Assembly: GCF_003334815.1 (NCBI RefSeq)
Contig: NZ_QOWO01000001.1
Source of the DNA: Escherichia coli
GTDB taxonomy: Bacteria > Pseudomonadota > Gammaproteobacteria > Enterobacterales > Enterobacteriaceae
DNA: 64,000 nucleotides
Reading direction: 5' to 3' (one strand)
Shown here: positions 10,683-22,090 of the stretch, one piece after another
Numbering within the stretch: the stretch's first letter is position 1
How the letters are laid out: every line of letters starts with the position of its first letter
Notes under the pieces: generated by a model
Database searches by the model: none
What the model was told of the DNA's origin: nothing
Seen by the model: only the letters and a program-made list of their open reading frames with translations
Position numbers and translations under genes: made by a program

Positions 10683-11963
10683 GTGAAACATCTGACAGAA
10701 ATGGTGAGACAGCACAAAGCGGGCAAAACAAATGGAATTTATGCCGTTTGTTCCGCACATCCGCTGGTGCTGGAGGCTGCAATCCGCTACGCCAGTGCAA
10801 ACCAAACGCCGTTACTGATTGAAGCAACCTCCAATCAGGTAGACCAGTTCGGCGGTTATACCGGAATGACGCCCGCCGATTTTCGCGGCTTTGTTTGTCA
10901 GCTCGCCGACTCGTTGAATTTCCCGCAGGATGCGTTGATTCTGGGTGGTGACCATCTGGGGCCAAACCGCTGGCAAAACCTGCCGGCCGCTCAGGCAATG
11001 GCCAATGCCGATGATTTGATTAAAAGCTACGTTGCGGCAGGATTCAAAAAAATCCACCTTGATTGCAGCATGTCCTGTCAGGACGATCCGATTCCCTTAA
11101 CTGATGACATCGTGGCTGAACGCGCCGCCCGTCTGGCGAAAGTGGCGGAAGAAACCTGTCTTGAACACTTTGGCGAAGCCGATCTGGAGTATGTCATTGG
11201 TACCGAAGTGCCGGTACCTGGCGGCGCGCATGAAACCTTAAGCGAGCTGGCGGTCACCACGCCGGATGCCGCCCGCGCCACGCTGGAAGCCCATCGTCAC
11301 GCCTTTGAAAAGCAAGGTTTGAATGCCATCTGGCCACGCATCATTGCCCTGGTGGTTCAACCCGGCGTCGAATTCGATCACACCAACGTTATTGATTATC
11401 AGCCCGCCAAAGCGAGCGCCTTAAGCCAGATGGTCGAAAACTACGAAACGCTGATTTTCGAAGCGCACTCTACCGATTATCAAACGCCGCAATCGCTGCG
11501 CCAGCTGGTGATTGACCACTTTGCCATTCTGAAAGTTGGCCCAGCGCTGACCTTCGCCCTGCGTGAAGCTCTGTTCTCTCTGGCGGCGATTGAAGAAGAA
11601 CTGGTGCCAGCGAAAGCCTGTTCTGGTCTGCGTCAGGTGCTGGAAGACGTGATGCTCGACCGCCCGGAATACTGGCAAAGCCACTACCACGGTGACGGCA
11701 ACGCGCGTCGTCTGGCGCGTGGTTATAGCTACTCGGATCGCGTGCGCTATTACTGGCCGGACAGCCAGATTGATGACGCTTTCGCTCATCTGGTACGTAA
11801 TCTGGCGGATTCACCAATTCCGCTGCCGCTGATCAGCCAGTATCTGCCGCTGCAGTACGTGAAAGTTCGCTCCGGCGAGCTGCAGCCAACGCCACGGGAA
11901 CTCATTATCAACCATATTCAGGACATCCTGGCGCAGTACCACACAGCCTGTGAAGGCCAATAA
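10683..11963 (+). CDS. kbaZ: Tagatose-bisphosphate aldolase non-catalytic subunit
   Basis: 426-aa ORF; apparent GTG start at 10683. Confidence 0.9.
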   Translation: MKHLTEMVRQHKAGKTNGIYAVCSAHPLVLEAAIRYASANQTPLLIEATSNQVDQFGGYTGMTPADFRGFVCQLADSLNFPQDALILGGDHLGPNRWQNLPAAQAMANADDLIKSYVAAGFKKIHLDCSMSCQDDPIPLTDDIVAERAARLAKVAEETCLEHFGEADLEYVIGTEVPVPGGAHETLSELAVTTPDAARATLEAHRHAFEKQGLNAIWPRIIALVVQPGVEFDHTNVIDYQPAKASALSQMVENYETLIFEAHSTDYQTPQSLRQLVIDHFAILKVGPALTFALREALFSLAAIEEELVPAKACSGLRQVLEDVMLDRPEYWQSHYHGDGNARRLARGYSYSDRVRYYWPDSQIDDAFAHLVRNLADSPIPLPLISQYLPLQYVKVRSGELQPTPRELIINHIQDILAQYHTACEGQ

Positions 11964-11985
11964 GCAAAACAAAGAGGAACACGCT

Positions 11986-12459
11986 ATGCCAAATATTGTT
12001 TTAAGCCGGATTGATGAACGCTTGATTCACGGTCAGGTCGGCGTTCAATGGGTCGGATTTGCGGGGGCAAATCTGGTGCTGGTAGCCAACGATGAGGTTG
12101 CCGAAGATCCGGTACAACAAAACCTGATGGAAATGGTACTGGCAGAAGGGATCGCCGTACGTTTCTGGACGCTGCAAAAAGTTATCGACAACATTCATCG
12201 CGCCGCCGATCGACAGAAAATCCTGCTGGTTTGTAAAACACCCGCCGATTTCCTGACGCTGGTGAAAGGTGGCGTTCCGGTGAATCGCATTAACGTTGGC
12301 AATATGCACTACGCCAATGGCAAACAACAAATCGCCAAAACGGTTTCTGTGGATGCGGGCGATATCGCAGCATTTAACGACCTGAAAACCGCTGGGGTGG
12401 AATGCTTCGTTCAGGGCGTCCCGACAGAGCCTGCTGTGGACCTCTTTAAATTACTTTGA
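11986..12459 (+). CDS. agaV: PTS N-acetylgalactosamine-specific IIB component
   Basis: ORF 11950..12459; start placed at MPNIVLSRIDERLIHGQVG, the conserved mannose-family IIB N-terminus. Confidence 0.85.
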   Translation: MPNIVLSRIDERLIHGQVGVQWVGFAGANLVLVANDEVAEDPVQQNLMEMVLAEGIAVRFWTLQKVIDNIHRAADRQKILLVCKTPADFLTLVKGGVPVNRINVGNMHYANGKQQIAKTVSVDAGDIAAFNDLKTAGVECFVQGVPTEPAVDLFKLL

Positions 12460-12469
12460 GGGATTCATC

Positions 12470-13249
12470 ATGGAAATCAGCCTGTTGCAGGCATTTGCGT
12501 TGGGCATTATCGCCTTTATCGCTGGCCTGGATATGTTTAACGGCCTAACCCATATGCACCGCCCGGTGGTCCTCGGCCCGTTGGTCGGGCTGGTACTTGG
12601 CGATCTGCATACCGGAATTTTAACCGGCGGTACGCTGGAACTGGTGTGGATGGGGCTGGCCCCGCTGGCGGGCGCACAGCCGCCTAACGTGATTATCGGT
12701 ACTATCGTCGGCACGGCGTTTGCCATTACTACTGGCGTGAAACCCGATGTCGCAGTAGGTGTCGCCGTACCTTTCGCTGTCGCAGTACAGATGGGGATTA
12801 CCTTCCTGTTCTCGGTGATGTCCGGCGTGATGTCTCGCTGCGACCGGATGGCGGAGAACGCCGATACTCGCGGCATTGAACGCGTGAACTATCTGGCACT
12901 GCTGGCACTCGGCATTTTCTATTTTCTCTGCGCTTTCCTGCCTATCTACTTCGGCGCGGAACATGCAAAAACCATCATTGATGTCCTGCCGCAACGATTA
13001 ATCGACGGCCTCGGCGTCGCGGGCGGCATCATGCCAGCAATCGGTTTTGCCGTGCTGCTGAAAATCATGATGAAAAACGTCTACATCCCCTACTTCATCC
13101 TGGGCTTTGTTGCCGCCGCCTGGCTCAAGTTACCAGTGCTGGCTATTGCTGCCGCTGCGCTGGCGATGGCGCTGATCGACTTGCTGCGTAAATCTCCTGA
13201 ACCGACTCAACCTGCGGCACAGAAAGAGGAATTTGAAGATGGCATCTAA
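12470..13249 (+). CDS. agaW: PTS N-acetylgalactosamine-specific IIC component, full length
   Basis: 259-aa polytopic membrane ORF of the mannose-family IIC type. Confidence 0.85.
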   Translation: MEISLLQAFALGIIAFIAGLDMFNGLTHMHRPVVLGPLVGLVLGDLHTGILTGGTLELVWMGLAPLAGAQPPNVIIGTIVGTAFAITTGVKPDVAVGVAVPFAVAVQMGITFLFSVMSGVMSRCDRMAENADTRGIERVNYLALLALGIFYFLCAFLPIYFGAEHAKTIIDVLPQRLIDGLGVAGGIMPAIGFAVLLKIMMKNVYIPYFILGFVAAAWLKLPVLAIAAAALAMALIDLLRKSPEPTQPAAQKEEFEDGI

Positions 13250-14117
13250 TCAAACCACCCTGCCGAACGTCAGTGAAAACGAAGAAACATTGCTGACTGG
13301 CGTCAATGAAAACGTGTATGAAGATCAGAGCATTGGCGCGGAGCTGACGAAAAAAGATATCAACCGCGTCGCCTGGCGTTCCATGCTGTTACAAGCGTCT
13401 TTTAACTACGAACGTATGCAGGCTTCTGGCTGGTTGTACGGTCTGCTGCCTGCTCTGAAAAAGATCCACACTAATAAACGCGACCTGGCGCGCGCCATGA
13501 AGGGGCATATGGGTTTCTTCAATACCCATCCGTTTCTGGTGACGTTTGTTATCGGCATTATCCTTGCGATGGAGCGTTCTAAGCAGGACGTTAACAGTAT
13601 TCAGAGCACCAAAATTGCCGTCGGTGCGCCGCTTGGCGGGATTGGCGATGCAATGTTCTGGCTAACGCTACTGCCGATTTGTGGCGGGATTGGAGCCAGT
13701 CTGGCATTGCAAGGCTCCATTCTTGGCGCAGTCGTCTTTATTGTGCTGTTCAACGTGGTACACCTGGGGCTGCGTTTTGGTCTGGCGCATTATGCTTACC
13801 GCATGGGCGTGGCGGCGATTCCACTGATTAAAGCGAATACCAAAAAAGTCGGCCATGCTGCGTCTATCGTTGGGATGACGGTAATCGGTGCGCTGGTGGC
13901 AACCTATGTTCGTTTAAGCACCACGCTGGAAATCACGGCGGGCGACGCAGTGGTTAAGTTACAGGCTGATGTTATCGACAAACTGATGCCGGCCTTCTTA
14001 CCGTTGGTCTACACCCTGACCATGTTTTGGTTGGTACGCCGCGGCTGGAGTCCGCTGCGTCTGATTGCAGTTACCGTGGTTCTCGGCATCGTCGGTAAAT
14101 TCTGCCATTTCCTTTAA
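13233..14117 (+). CDS. agaE: PTS N-acetylgalactosamine-specific IID component
   Basis: 294-aa ORF of the mannose-family IID type, overlapping the agaW 3' end; exact start uncertain. Confidence 0.8.
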   Translation: MKMASNQTTLPNVSENEETLLTGVNENVYEDQSIGAELTKKDINRVAWRSMLLQASFNYERMQASGWLYGLLPALKKIHTNKRDLARAMKGHMGFFNTHPFLVTFVIGIILAMERSKQDVNSIQSTKIAVGAPLGGIGDAMFWLTLLPICGGIGASLALQGSILGAVVFIVLFNVVHLGLRFGLAHYAYRMGVAAIPLIKANTKKVGHAASIVGMTVIGALVATYVRLSTTLEITAGDAVVKLQADVIDKLMPAFLPLVYTLTMFWLVRRGWSPLRLIAVTVVLGIVGKFCHFL

Positions 14118-14134
14118 ATACAATGAGGTATTAG

Positions 14135-14569
14135 ATGTTAAGTATTATTTTGACAGGGCATGGCGGGTTTGCCAGCGGCATGGAAAAAGCAATGAAGCAA
14201 ATTCTCGGTGAGCAATCGCAGTTTATCGCCATCGATTTTCCGGAAACCTCAAGCACCGCGCTGCTTACATCGCAGCTTGAAGAGGCCATCGCCCAACTGG
14301 ATTGTGAAGACGGCATTGTTTTTCTGACGGATTTGCTGGGCGGCACGCCGTTTCGCGTAGCTTCAACGCTGGCGATGCAAAAACCGGGCTGTGAAGTGAT
14401 CACCGGCACCAATTTGCAACTGCTACTGGAGATGGTGCTGGAGCGCGAAGGGTTAAGCGGTGAAGAATTCCGTGTACAGGCGCTGGAGTGTGGACACCGA
14501 GGGCTGACCAGTCTGGTGGACGAGTTAGGCCGCTGCCATGAAGAATGTCCGGTCGAGGAAGGAATATGA
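14135..14569 (+). CDS. agaF: PTS IIA component (mannose family)
   Basis: 144-aa ORF with the IIA-Man fold signature LTGHGGFASG. Confidence 0.85.
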   Translation: MLSIILTGHGGFASGMEKAMKQILGEQSQFIAIDFPETSSTALLTSQLEEAIAQLDCEDGIVFLTDLLGGTPFRVASTLAMQKPGCEVITGTNLQLLLEMVLEREGLSGEEFRVQALECGHRGLTSLVDELGRCHEECPVEEGI

Positions 14570-15699
14570 CACACGTTCTGCGCGCCAGAAGGCTGCTGAC
14601 TGAAGAGGGATGGCTCGATGACCATCAGTTGCGTATTGCTGACGGTGTCATCGCAGCAATCGAACCGATTCCAGCGGGCGTGACTGAACGCGATGCGGAA
14701 CTGCTCTGCCCTGCTTACATCGACACCCATGTACACGGTGGTGCGGGCGTTGATGTAATGGATGACGCGCCGGATGTACTCGACAAGCTGGCAATGCACA
14801 AGGCACGCGAAGGTGTCGGCAGTTGGTTACCGACCACCGTAACCACGCCGCTTAATACCATTCATGCGGCGCTGAAACGTATTGCTCAACGTTGCCAACG
14901 CGGCGGACCTGGTGCGCAAGTGCTGGGGAGTTATCTCGAAGGACCGTACTTCACGCCGCAGAATAAAGGCGCGCATCCGCCGGAGTTGTTTCGCGAGCTT
15001 GAAATTGCCGAGCTGGATCAGTTGATTGCCGTTTCTCAGCACACCTTACGTGTGGTAGCGCTGGCACCGGAAAAAGAAGGGGCATTGCAGGCCATCCGCC
15101 ATCTTAAACAGCAAAACGTAAGGGTGATGCTGGGGCATAGCGCGGCGACCTGGCAACAAACCCGCGCCGCATTTGATGCTGGTGCCGACGGCCTGGTGCA
15201 TTGCTATAACGGGATGACAGGTTTACATCACCGCGAACCGGGAATGGTTGGCGCGGGATTAACGGACAAGCGCGCCTGGCTGGAACTGATAGCCGATGGT
15301 CATCATGTGCATCCGGCGGCAATGTCGCTGTGTTGTTGCTGTGCGAAAGAGAGAATCGTACTGATCACCGACGCGATGCAGGCAGCTGGGATGCCGGATG
15401 GTCGCTATACGTTATGTGGTGAAGAAGTGCAGATGCACGGTGGCGTTGTCCGTACCGCGTCTGGTGGGCTGGCGGGCAGTACGCTGTCTGTTGATGCGGC
15501 AGTGCGCAATATGGTCGAGTTGACGGGCGTAACGCCTGCGGAAGCCATCCATATGGCGTCGCTGCATCCGGCGCGAATGCTGGGTGTTGATGGTGTTCTG
15601 GGATCGCTTAAACCGGGCAAACGCGCCAGCGTCGTTGCGCTGGATAGCGGGCTACATGTGCAACAAATCTGGATTCAGGGTCAATTAGCTTCGTTTTGA
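14566..15699 (+). CDS. agaA: N-acetylgalactosamine-6-phosphate deacetylase, full length
   Basis: ORF 14545..15699; start taken at MTHVLRARRL (377 aa); NagA-like amidohydrolase. Confidence 0.85.
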   Translation: MTHVLRARRLLTEEGWLDDHQLRIADGVIAAIEPIPAGVTERDAELLCPAYIDTHVHGGAGVDVMDDAPDVLDKLAMHKAREGVGSWLPTTVTTPLNTIHAALKRIAQRCQRGGPGAQVLGSYLEGPYFTPQNKGAHPPELFRELEIAELDQLIAVSQHTLRVVALAPEKEGALQAIRHLKQQNVRVMLGHSAATWQQTRAAFDAGADGLVHCYNGMTGLHHREPGMVGAGLTDKRAWLELIADGHHVHPAAMSLCCCCAKERIVLITDAMQAAGMPDGRYTLCGEEVQMHGGVVRTASGGLAGSTLSVDAAVRNMVELTGVTPAEAIHMASLHPARMLGVDGVLGSLKPGKRASVVALDSGLHVQQIWIQGQLASF

Positions 15700-15774
15700 T
15701 AGTTTGCTCCTTTATTGGGCCTTCACTTCCCCCGTAAGGCCTTTCTTTTTCTTTCGTTTTGATCTGTGCAGCGG

Positions 15775-15862
15775 TGTCGGATGCGACGCTAACGCGTCTT
15801 ATCCGACCTACAGTTGGTGACCGCAAGGCCGGATAAAGCGTTTGCGCCGCATCCAGCAATCC
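15775..15862. repeat. REP-type extragenic palindromic elements
   Basis: gcgacgctaacgcgtcttatccgacctac and ggccggataaagcgtttgcgccgcatcc motifs. Confidence 0.6.
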
Positions 15863-16049
15863 CTTTTGCTTCCTTTATCTTTTCTTTCAACGATCACAAA
15901 TTTCGTTTTATTTCTTTTTTCTCCATTGAACTTTCAGTTTCTTTTCTATAGATTTTAATCAACGAAAGACATCACCAAGTGAAATGAAACGAAAGGCAAG
16001 TGAAAGCGACAACGCCCGACGTCAAGTTCATCAGACTAAGGATTGAGTT
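15863..16049 (+). promoter_or_regulatory. agaS promoter region with TTTCGTTT / AAACGAAAG motif repeats (candidate AgaR operator)
   Basis: tttcgttttatttc, aacgaaagac and gaaatgaaacgaaagg upstream of agaS. Confidence 0.5.
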
Positions 16050-17204
16050 ATGCCAGAAAATTACACCCCTGCTGCCGCCGCAACCGGTACATGGACTGAA
16101 GAAGAGATCCGCCATCAGCCTCGCGCATGGATCCGTTCACTCACCAACATCGACGCGCTACGTTCCGCGCTCAATAACTTCCTTGAACCGTTACTGCGCA
16201 AAGAGAATCTGCGGATCATCCTGACCGGAGCCGGAACGTCGGCATTTATCGGTGACATCATCGCGCCGTGGCTCGCCAGCCATACCGGTAAAAACTTCAG
16301 CGCCGTACCGACCACCGATCTGGTCACCAATCCGATGGACTACCTGAACCCAGCTCATCCGCTGCTGTTGATCTCCTTCGGTCGATCCGGCAACAGCCCG
16401 GAAAGCGTCGCAGCCGTGGAACTGGCAAATCAATTTGTACCGGAATGCTATCACCTGCCGATCACCTGCAACGAAGCGGGCGCTCTTTACCAAAACGCGA
16501 TCAACAGCGATAACGCGTTTGCCCTGCTGATGCCCGCAGAAACGCACGATCGCGGCTTTGCGATGACCAGCAGCATTACCACCATGATGGCCAGCTGCCT
16601 CGCGGTTTTCGCACCTGAGACGATCAACAGCCAAACCTTCCGCGACGTGGCGGATCGTTGCCAGGCGATCCTGACCTCACTGGGCGATTTCAGCGAAGGT
16701 GTGTTTGGTTACGCACCGTGGAAACGGATCGTTTATCTCGGTAGCGGTGGCTTACAGGGCGCAGCACGCGAGTCGGCGCTGAAAGTGCTGGAACTGACGG
16801 CGGGTAAACTGGCGGCCTTTTATGATTCTCCAACCGGATTCCGTCATGGACCAAAATCGCTGGTCGATGACGAAACGCTGGTGGTGGTATTTGTCTCCAG
16901 CCACCCTTACACCCGTCAGTATGATCTTGATCTGCTGGCTGAACTTCGCCGTGACAACCAGGCAATGCGTGTAATCGCCATCGCCGCGGAAAGCAGCGAC
17001 ATCGTCGCTGCCGGTCCACATATCATCCTGCCACCGTCACGTCACTTTATCGACGTTGAGCAGGCATTTTGCTTCCTGATGTACGCCCAGACGTTTGCAC
17101 TGATGCAGTCGCTGCACATGGGCAATACGCCGGATACCCCATCAGCCAGTGGCACCGTTAACCGCGTGGTGCAAGGCGTAATCATTCATCCGTGGCAGGC
17201 ATAA
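16050..17204 (+). CDS. agaS: Sugar isomerase (SIS-domain) AgaS, putative galactosamine-6-phosphate deaminase/isomerase
   Basis: 384-aa ORF with SIS domains. Confidence 0.9.
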   Translation: MPENYTPAAAATGTWTEEEIRHQPRAWIRSLTNIDALRSALNNFLEPLLRKENLRIILTGAGTSAFIGDIIAPWLASHTGKNFSAVPTTDLVTNPMDYLNPAHPLLLISFGRSGNSPESVAAVELANQFVPECYHLPITCNEAGALYQNAINSDNAFALLMPAETHDRGFAMTSSITTMMASCLAVFAPETINSQTFRDVADRCQAILTSLGDFSEGVFGYAPWKRIVYLGSGGLQGAARESALKVLELTAGKLAAFYDSPTGFRHGPKSLVDDETLVVVFVSSHPYTRQYDLDLLAELRRDNQAMRVIAIAAESSDIVAAGPHIILPPSRHFIDVEQAFCFLMYAQTFALMQSLHMGNTPDTPSASGTVNRVVQGVIIHPWQA

Positions 17205-18077
<873 letters not shown>

Positions 18078-18243
18078 TCATTAGTTTTTTATGATTTATC
18101 CCAATGTACTTCCCGATTAATATCGGGGAGTGCCTTAATGGAAAAGGAGATAACTAAACCTTAATAAATACATCACTACAATATCGCAACAATAATATAT
18201 TTAAAAAAATTATATTATTCAACTTTATGGTGAGGATTACACA

Positions 18244-18720
18244 ATGACCAGTCCAAATATTCTCTTAACCCGTATTGATAACCGTCTGGTTCACGGTCAG
18301 GTTGGCGTGACCTGGACATCCACCATCGGTGCAAATCTGCTGGTAGTCGTGGATGATGTTGTCGCTAACGATGATATTCAACAGAAATTAATGGGTATTA
18401 CCGCGGAAACCTACGGCTTTGGCATTCGTTTCTTTACTATCGAAAAAACCATTAACGTCATCGGCAAAGCTGCACCACATCAGAAGATCTTCCTGATTTG
18501 CCGTACGCCACAAACGGTACGTAAATTGGTAGAAGGTGGTATTGACCTGAAAGATGTCAACGTCGGCAATATGCATTTCTCGGAAGGGAAAAAGCAAATC
18601 AGCAGTAAAGTTTATGTCGATGACCAGGATCTCACGGACTTACGTTTTATTAAACAACGTGGCGTGAATGTTTTCATTCAGGACGTCCCTGGCGATCAAA
18701 AAGAACAAATCCCTGACTAA
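18244..18720 (+). CDS. agaB: PTS galactosamine-specific IIB component
   Basis: 158-aa ORF paralogous to agaV (RIDNRLVHGQVG). Confidence 0.9.
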   Translation: MTSPNILLTRIDNRLVHGQVGVTWTSTIGANLLVVVDDVVANDDIQQKLMGITAETYGFGIRFFTIEKTINVIGKAAPHQKIFLICRTPQTVRKLVEGGIDLKDVNVGNMHFSEGKKQISSKVYVDDQDLTDLRFIKQRGVNVFIQDVPGDQKEQIPD

Positions 18721-18758
18721 ATCTAAAATCGCCTTAATATTGGTTTGAGGTAATAAAA

Positions 18759-19562
18759 ATGCATGAAATAACCCTACTTCAGGGATTATCCCTGGCGGCG
18801 TTAGTTTTTGTTCTGGGGATTGATTTTTGGCTGGAAGCCTTATTTTTATTCCGCCCGATAATCGTTTGTACCCTAACTGGCGCTATTCTCGGTGATATTC
18901 AGACTGGCTTAATTACCGGTGGTCTGACAGAGTTGGCTTTCGCCGGATTAACCCCTGCAGGTGGTGTTCAGCCGCCCAACCCGATTATGGCGGGTCTGAT
19001 GACCACCGTCATTGCATGGTCTACGGGCGTTGATGCCAAAACAGCAATTGGTCTTGGCCTGCCGTTTAGTTTGTTAATGCAGTACGTCATTCTGTTCTTC
19101 TATTCCGCTTTCTCATTATTTATGACCAATGCCGATAAATGCGCGAAAGAGGCGGATACGGCAGCGTTTTCCCGGCTTAACTGGACAACGATGCTCATCG
19201 TCGCTTCAGCGTATGCGGTGATTGCTTTCCTCTGTACTTACCTGGCACAGGGGGCGATGCAGGCGCTGGTGAAAGCGATGCCCGCCTGGCTGACCCACGG
19301 CTTTGAAGTGGCTGGCGGTATTCTGCCTGCCGTTGGTTTTGGCTTGCTGCTGCGCGTAATGTTCAAAGCGCAATATATCCCTTACCTGATCGCCGGTTTC
19401 CTGTTTGTTTGCTACATCCAGGTCAGCAACCTGTTGCCGGTTGCCGTACTGGGCGCAGGCTTTGCGGTGTATGAGTTTTTCAATGCGAAATCCCGGCAGC
19501 AAGCGCAACCGCAGCCCGTTGCCAGTAAAAATGAAGAAGAGGACTACAGCAATGGGATCTGA
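18759..19562 (+). CDS. agaC: PTS galactosamine-specific IIC component
   Basis: 267-aa membrane ORF paralogous to agaW. Confidence 0.9.
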   Translation: MHEITLLQGLSLAALVFVLGIDFWLEALFLFRPIIVCTLTGAILGDIQTGLITGGLTELAFAGLTPAGGVQPPNPIMAGLMTTVIAWSTGVDAKTAIGLGLPFSLLMQYVILFFYSAFSLFMTNADKCAKEADTAAFSRLNWTTMLIVASAYAVIAFLCTYLAQGAMQALVKAMPAWLTHGFEVAGGILPAVGFGLLLRVMFKAQYIPYLIAGFLFVCYIQVSNLLPVAVLGAGFAVYEFFNAKSRQQAQPQPVASKNEEEDYSNGI

Positions 19563-20343
19563 AATCAGTAAAAAAGATATCACCCGTCTGGGCTTTCGTT
19601 CGTCGCTGCTGCAAGCGAGCTTTAACTACGAAAGGATGCAGGCGGGCGGTTTTACCTGGGCGATGTTGCCGATCCTGAAAAAGATTTATAAGGACGACAA
19701 ACCGGGCTTAAGCGCGGCGATGAAAGATAACCTCGAATTTATTAATACCCACCCGAATCTGGTCGGATTCCTGATGGGGTTATTAATTTCGATGGAAGAA
19801 AAAGGAGAAAACCGCGACACCATTAAAGGCCTCAAAGTGGCACTGTTTGGCCCAATCGCCGGGATTGGCGATGCGATTTTCTGGTTTACTTTGTTGCCGA
19901 TTATGGCGGGAATTTGCTCATCATTTGCCAGCCAGGGAAACCTGCTGGGGCCGATTCTATTTTTCGCCGTTTACCTGCTTATCTTTTTCCTGCGCGTCGG
20001 CTGGACCCACGTCGGTTATTCAGTCGGCGTGAAGGCGATCGATAAAGTGCGAGAGAACTCGCAGATGATTGCCCGTTCGGCAACCATCCTCGGGATCACG
20101 GTAATCGGCGGGCTGATCGCTTCGTATGTGCATATTAACGTGGTGACATCGTTTGCCATCGACAATACCCACAGCGTTGCGCTGCAGCAGGATTTCTTCG
20201 ATAAAGTCTTCCCGAACATTTTACCGATGGCCTACACCCTGCTGATGTATTACTTCCTGCGGGTGAAAAAAGCGCATCCGGTGCTGTTAATCGGCGTGAC
20301 TTTTGTGCTCTCTATTGTTTGTTCCGCATTCGGCATTTTGTAA
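19552..20343 (+). CDS. agaD: PTS galactosamine-specific IID component
   Basis: ORF 19405..20343; start placed at MGSEISKKDITRLGF (263 aa), overlapping the agaC stop. Confidence 0.85.
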   Translation: MGSEISKKDITRLGFRSSLLQASFNYERMQAGGFTWAMLPILKKIYKDDKPGLSAAMKDNLEFINTHPNLVGFLMGLLISMEEKGENRDTIKGLKVALFGPIAGIGDAIFWFTLLPIMAGICSSFASQGNLLGPILFFAVYLLIFFLRVGWTHVGYSVGVKAIDKVRENSQMIARSATILGITVIGGLIASYVHINVVTSFAIDNTHSVALQQDFFDKVFPNILPMAYTLLMYYFLRVKKAHPVLLIGVTFVLSIVCSAFGIL

Positions 20344-21099
20344 ATGGAACGAGGCACTGCGTCTGGTGGTGCCTCTTTACTTAAGGAATTTCATCCTGTG
20401 CAAACCCTTCAGCAAGTTGAAAACTATACGGCGTTAAGTGAACGTGCCAGCGAATATTTATTGGCCGTGATCCGTAGCAAACCGAATGCCGTGATTTGCC
20501 TGGCGACCGGAGCCACGCCATTACTGACGTATCATTATCTGGTAGAAAAAATCCACCAGCAGCAGGTTGATGTCAGCCAGCTCACCTTCGTGAAGCTCGA
20601 CGAATGGGTGGATCTGCCATTAACGATGCCAGGCACCTGCGAAACTTTCCTGCAACAGCATATCGTGCAGCCGCTGGGGCTACGTGAAGACCAGCTCATC
20701 AGCTTTCGCTCCGAAGAGATAAATGAGACAGAGTGCGAACGGGTAACGAACCTGATTGCGCGCAAAGGCGGTCTGGATTTATGCGTTCTCGGATTGGGGA
20801 AAAACGGTCATCTTGGGCTGAACGAACCGGGAGAAAGCCTGCAACCGGCCTGCCATATCAGTCAACTTGATGCCAGAACACAGCAACATGAGATGTTAAA
20901 AACCGCGGGTCGCCCCGTGACTCGTGGGATCACCTTAGGCCTGAAGGATATTCTCAATGCCCGCGAAGTTTTGTTACTGGTGACTGGCGAAGGAAAGCAG
21001 GATGCGACAGATCGTTTTCTCACGGATAAAGTCTCTACCGCTATCCCGGCTTCATTTTTATGGCTGCACAGTAACTTTATTTGTTTAATTAACACCTAA
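20344..21099 (+). CDS. agaI: Galactosamine-6-phosphate isomerase/deaminase (NagB-like)
   Basis: 251-aa ORF starting directly after the agaD stop. Confidence 0.85.
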   Translation: MERGTASGGASLLKEFHPVQTLQQVENYTALSERASEYLLAVIRSKPNAVICLATGATPLLTYHYLVEKIHQQQVDVSQLTFVKLDEWVDLPLTMPGTCETFLQQHIVQPLGLREDQLISFRSEEINETECERVTNLIARKGGLDLCVLGLGKNGHLGLNEPGESLQPACHISQLDARTQQHEMLKTAGRPVTRGITLGLKDILNAREVLLLVTGEGKQDATDRFLTDKVSTAIPASFLWLHSNFICLINT

Positions 21100-21499
21100 C
21101 CAGATGAAAAATTTGCTCAAAATGTTTAAATTAACTTATGTAACAGTCACGCATTATATTAAATAACATTTGACTGGGTTGAACATAACGCCGATAGCAA
21201 AAGGAGTTATGTTCAACAATTTAATTTTAGATATACATATAACTTGTTCTATTAATAAATCACCTCGTATTCTGACTCGCCCCCTGGCGCAGCAAAGTCA
21301 GGCATTTATACTCTTTTGAATACATAGAAAATTGATATCAATATAATGAAAATATCAAATATTTGCATATAAATATAATCTTAAAGTTCAGTCTATTTAA
21401 TGTTCAATGAAATATTTCTGCCTGTATAATCTTTAAAGATGTTGAACATATATTCACATTAAATATGATTATGTACTTGTTACAAGGATAAGGTTATAT
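21100..21499 (+). promoter_or_regulatory. Strongly AT-rich upstream region of the yra fimbrial operon
   Basis: 400 bp of AT-rich non-coding DNA with A/T tracts upstream of yraH; typical of silenced chaperone-usher fimbrial promoters. Confidence 0.45.
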
Positions 21500-22084
21500 A
21501 TGAATAAAGTTACAAAAACAGCTATTGCGGGCTTACTTGCGCTTTTCGCAGGTAATGCCGCTGCAACCGATGGTGAAATAGTTTTTGATGGCGAGATTTT
21601 AAAATCCGCTTGTGAAATCAATGACTCTGATAAGAAAATTGAAGTTGCTCTTGGTCACTATAATGCCGAACAGTTTCGTAATATTGGCGAGCGTAGCCCA
21701 AAAATTCCATTCACTATTCCTTTAGTTAACTGCCCAATGACTGGGTGGGAGCACGATAACGGCAACGTTGAAGCGTCTTTCCGTCTATGGCTGGAAACGC
21801 GAGATAATGGCACCGTCCCTAACTTCCCTAATCTGGCAAAAGTAGGCTCTTTTGCTGGCATAGCGGCAACAGGTGTGGGTATCCGTATTGACGATGCGGA
21901 AAGCGGAAACATTATGCCACTGAATGCTATGGGCAATGATAACACGGTTTATCAGATCCCGGCGGAATCCAATGGTATTGTCAATGTTGACCTCATCGCT
22001 TACTACGTATCAACCGTAGTTCCATCAGAAATCACCCCAGGGGAAGCAGACGCTATCGTTAACGTAACGCTGGATTACCGTTAA
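21500..22084 (+). CDS. yraH: Fimbrial subunit-like protein
   Basis: 194-aa ORF with signal peptide and fimbrial subunit C-terminus. Confidence 0.85.
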   Translation: MNKVTKTAIAGLLALFAGNAAATDGEIVFDGEILKSACEINDSDKKIEVALGHYNAEQFRNIGERSPKIPFTIPLVNCPMTGWEHDNGNVEASFRLWLETRDNGTVPNFPNLAKVGSFAGIAATGVGIRIDDAESGNIMPLNAMGNDNTVYQIPAESNGIVNVDLIAYYVSTVVPSEITPGEADAIVNVTLDYR

Positions 22085-22090
22085 TACGTT

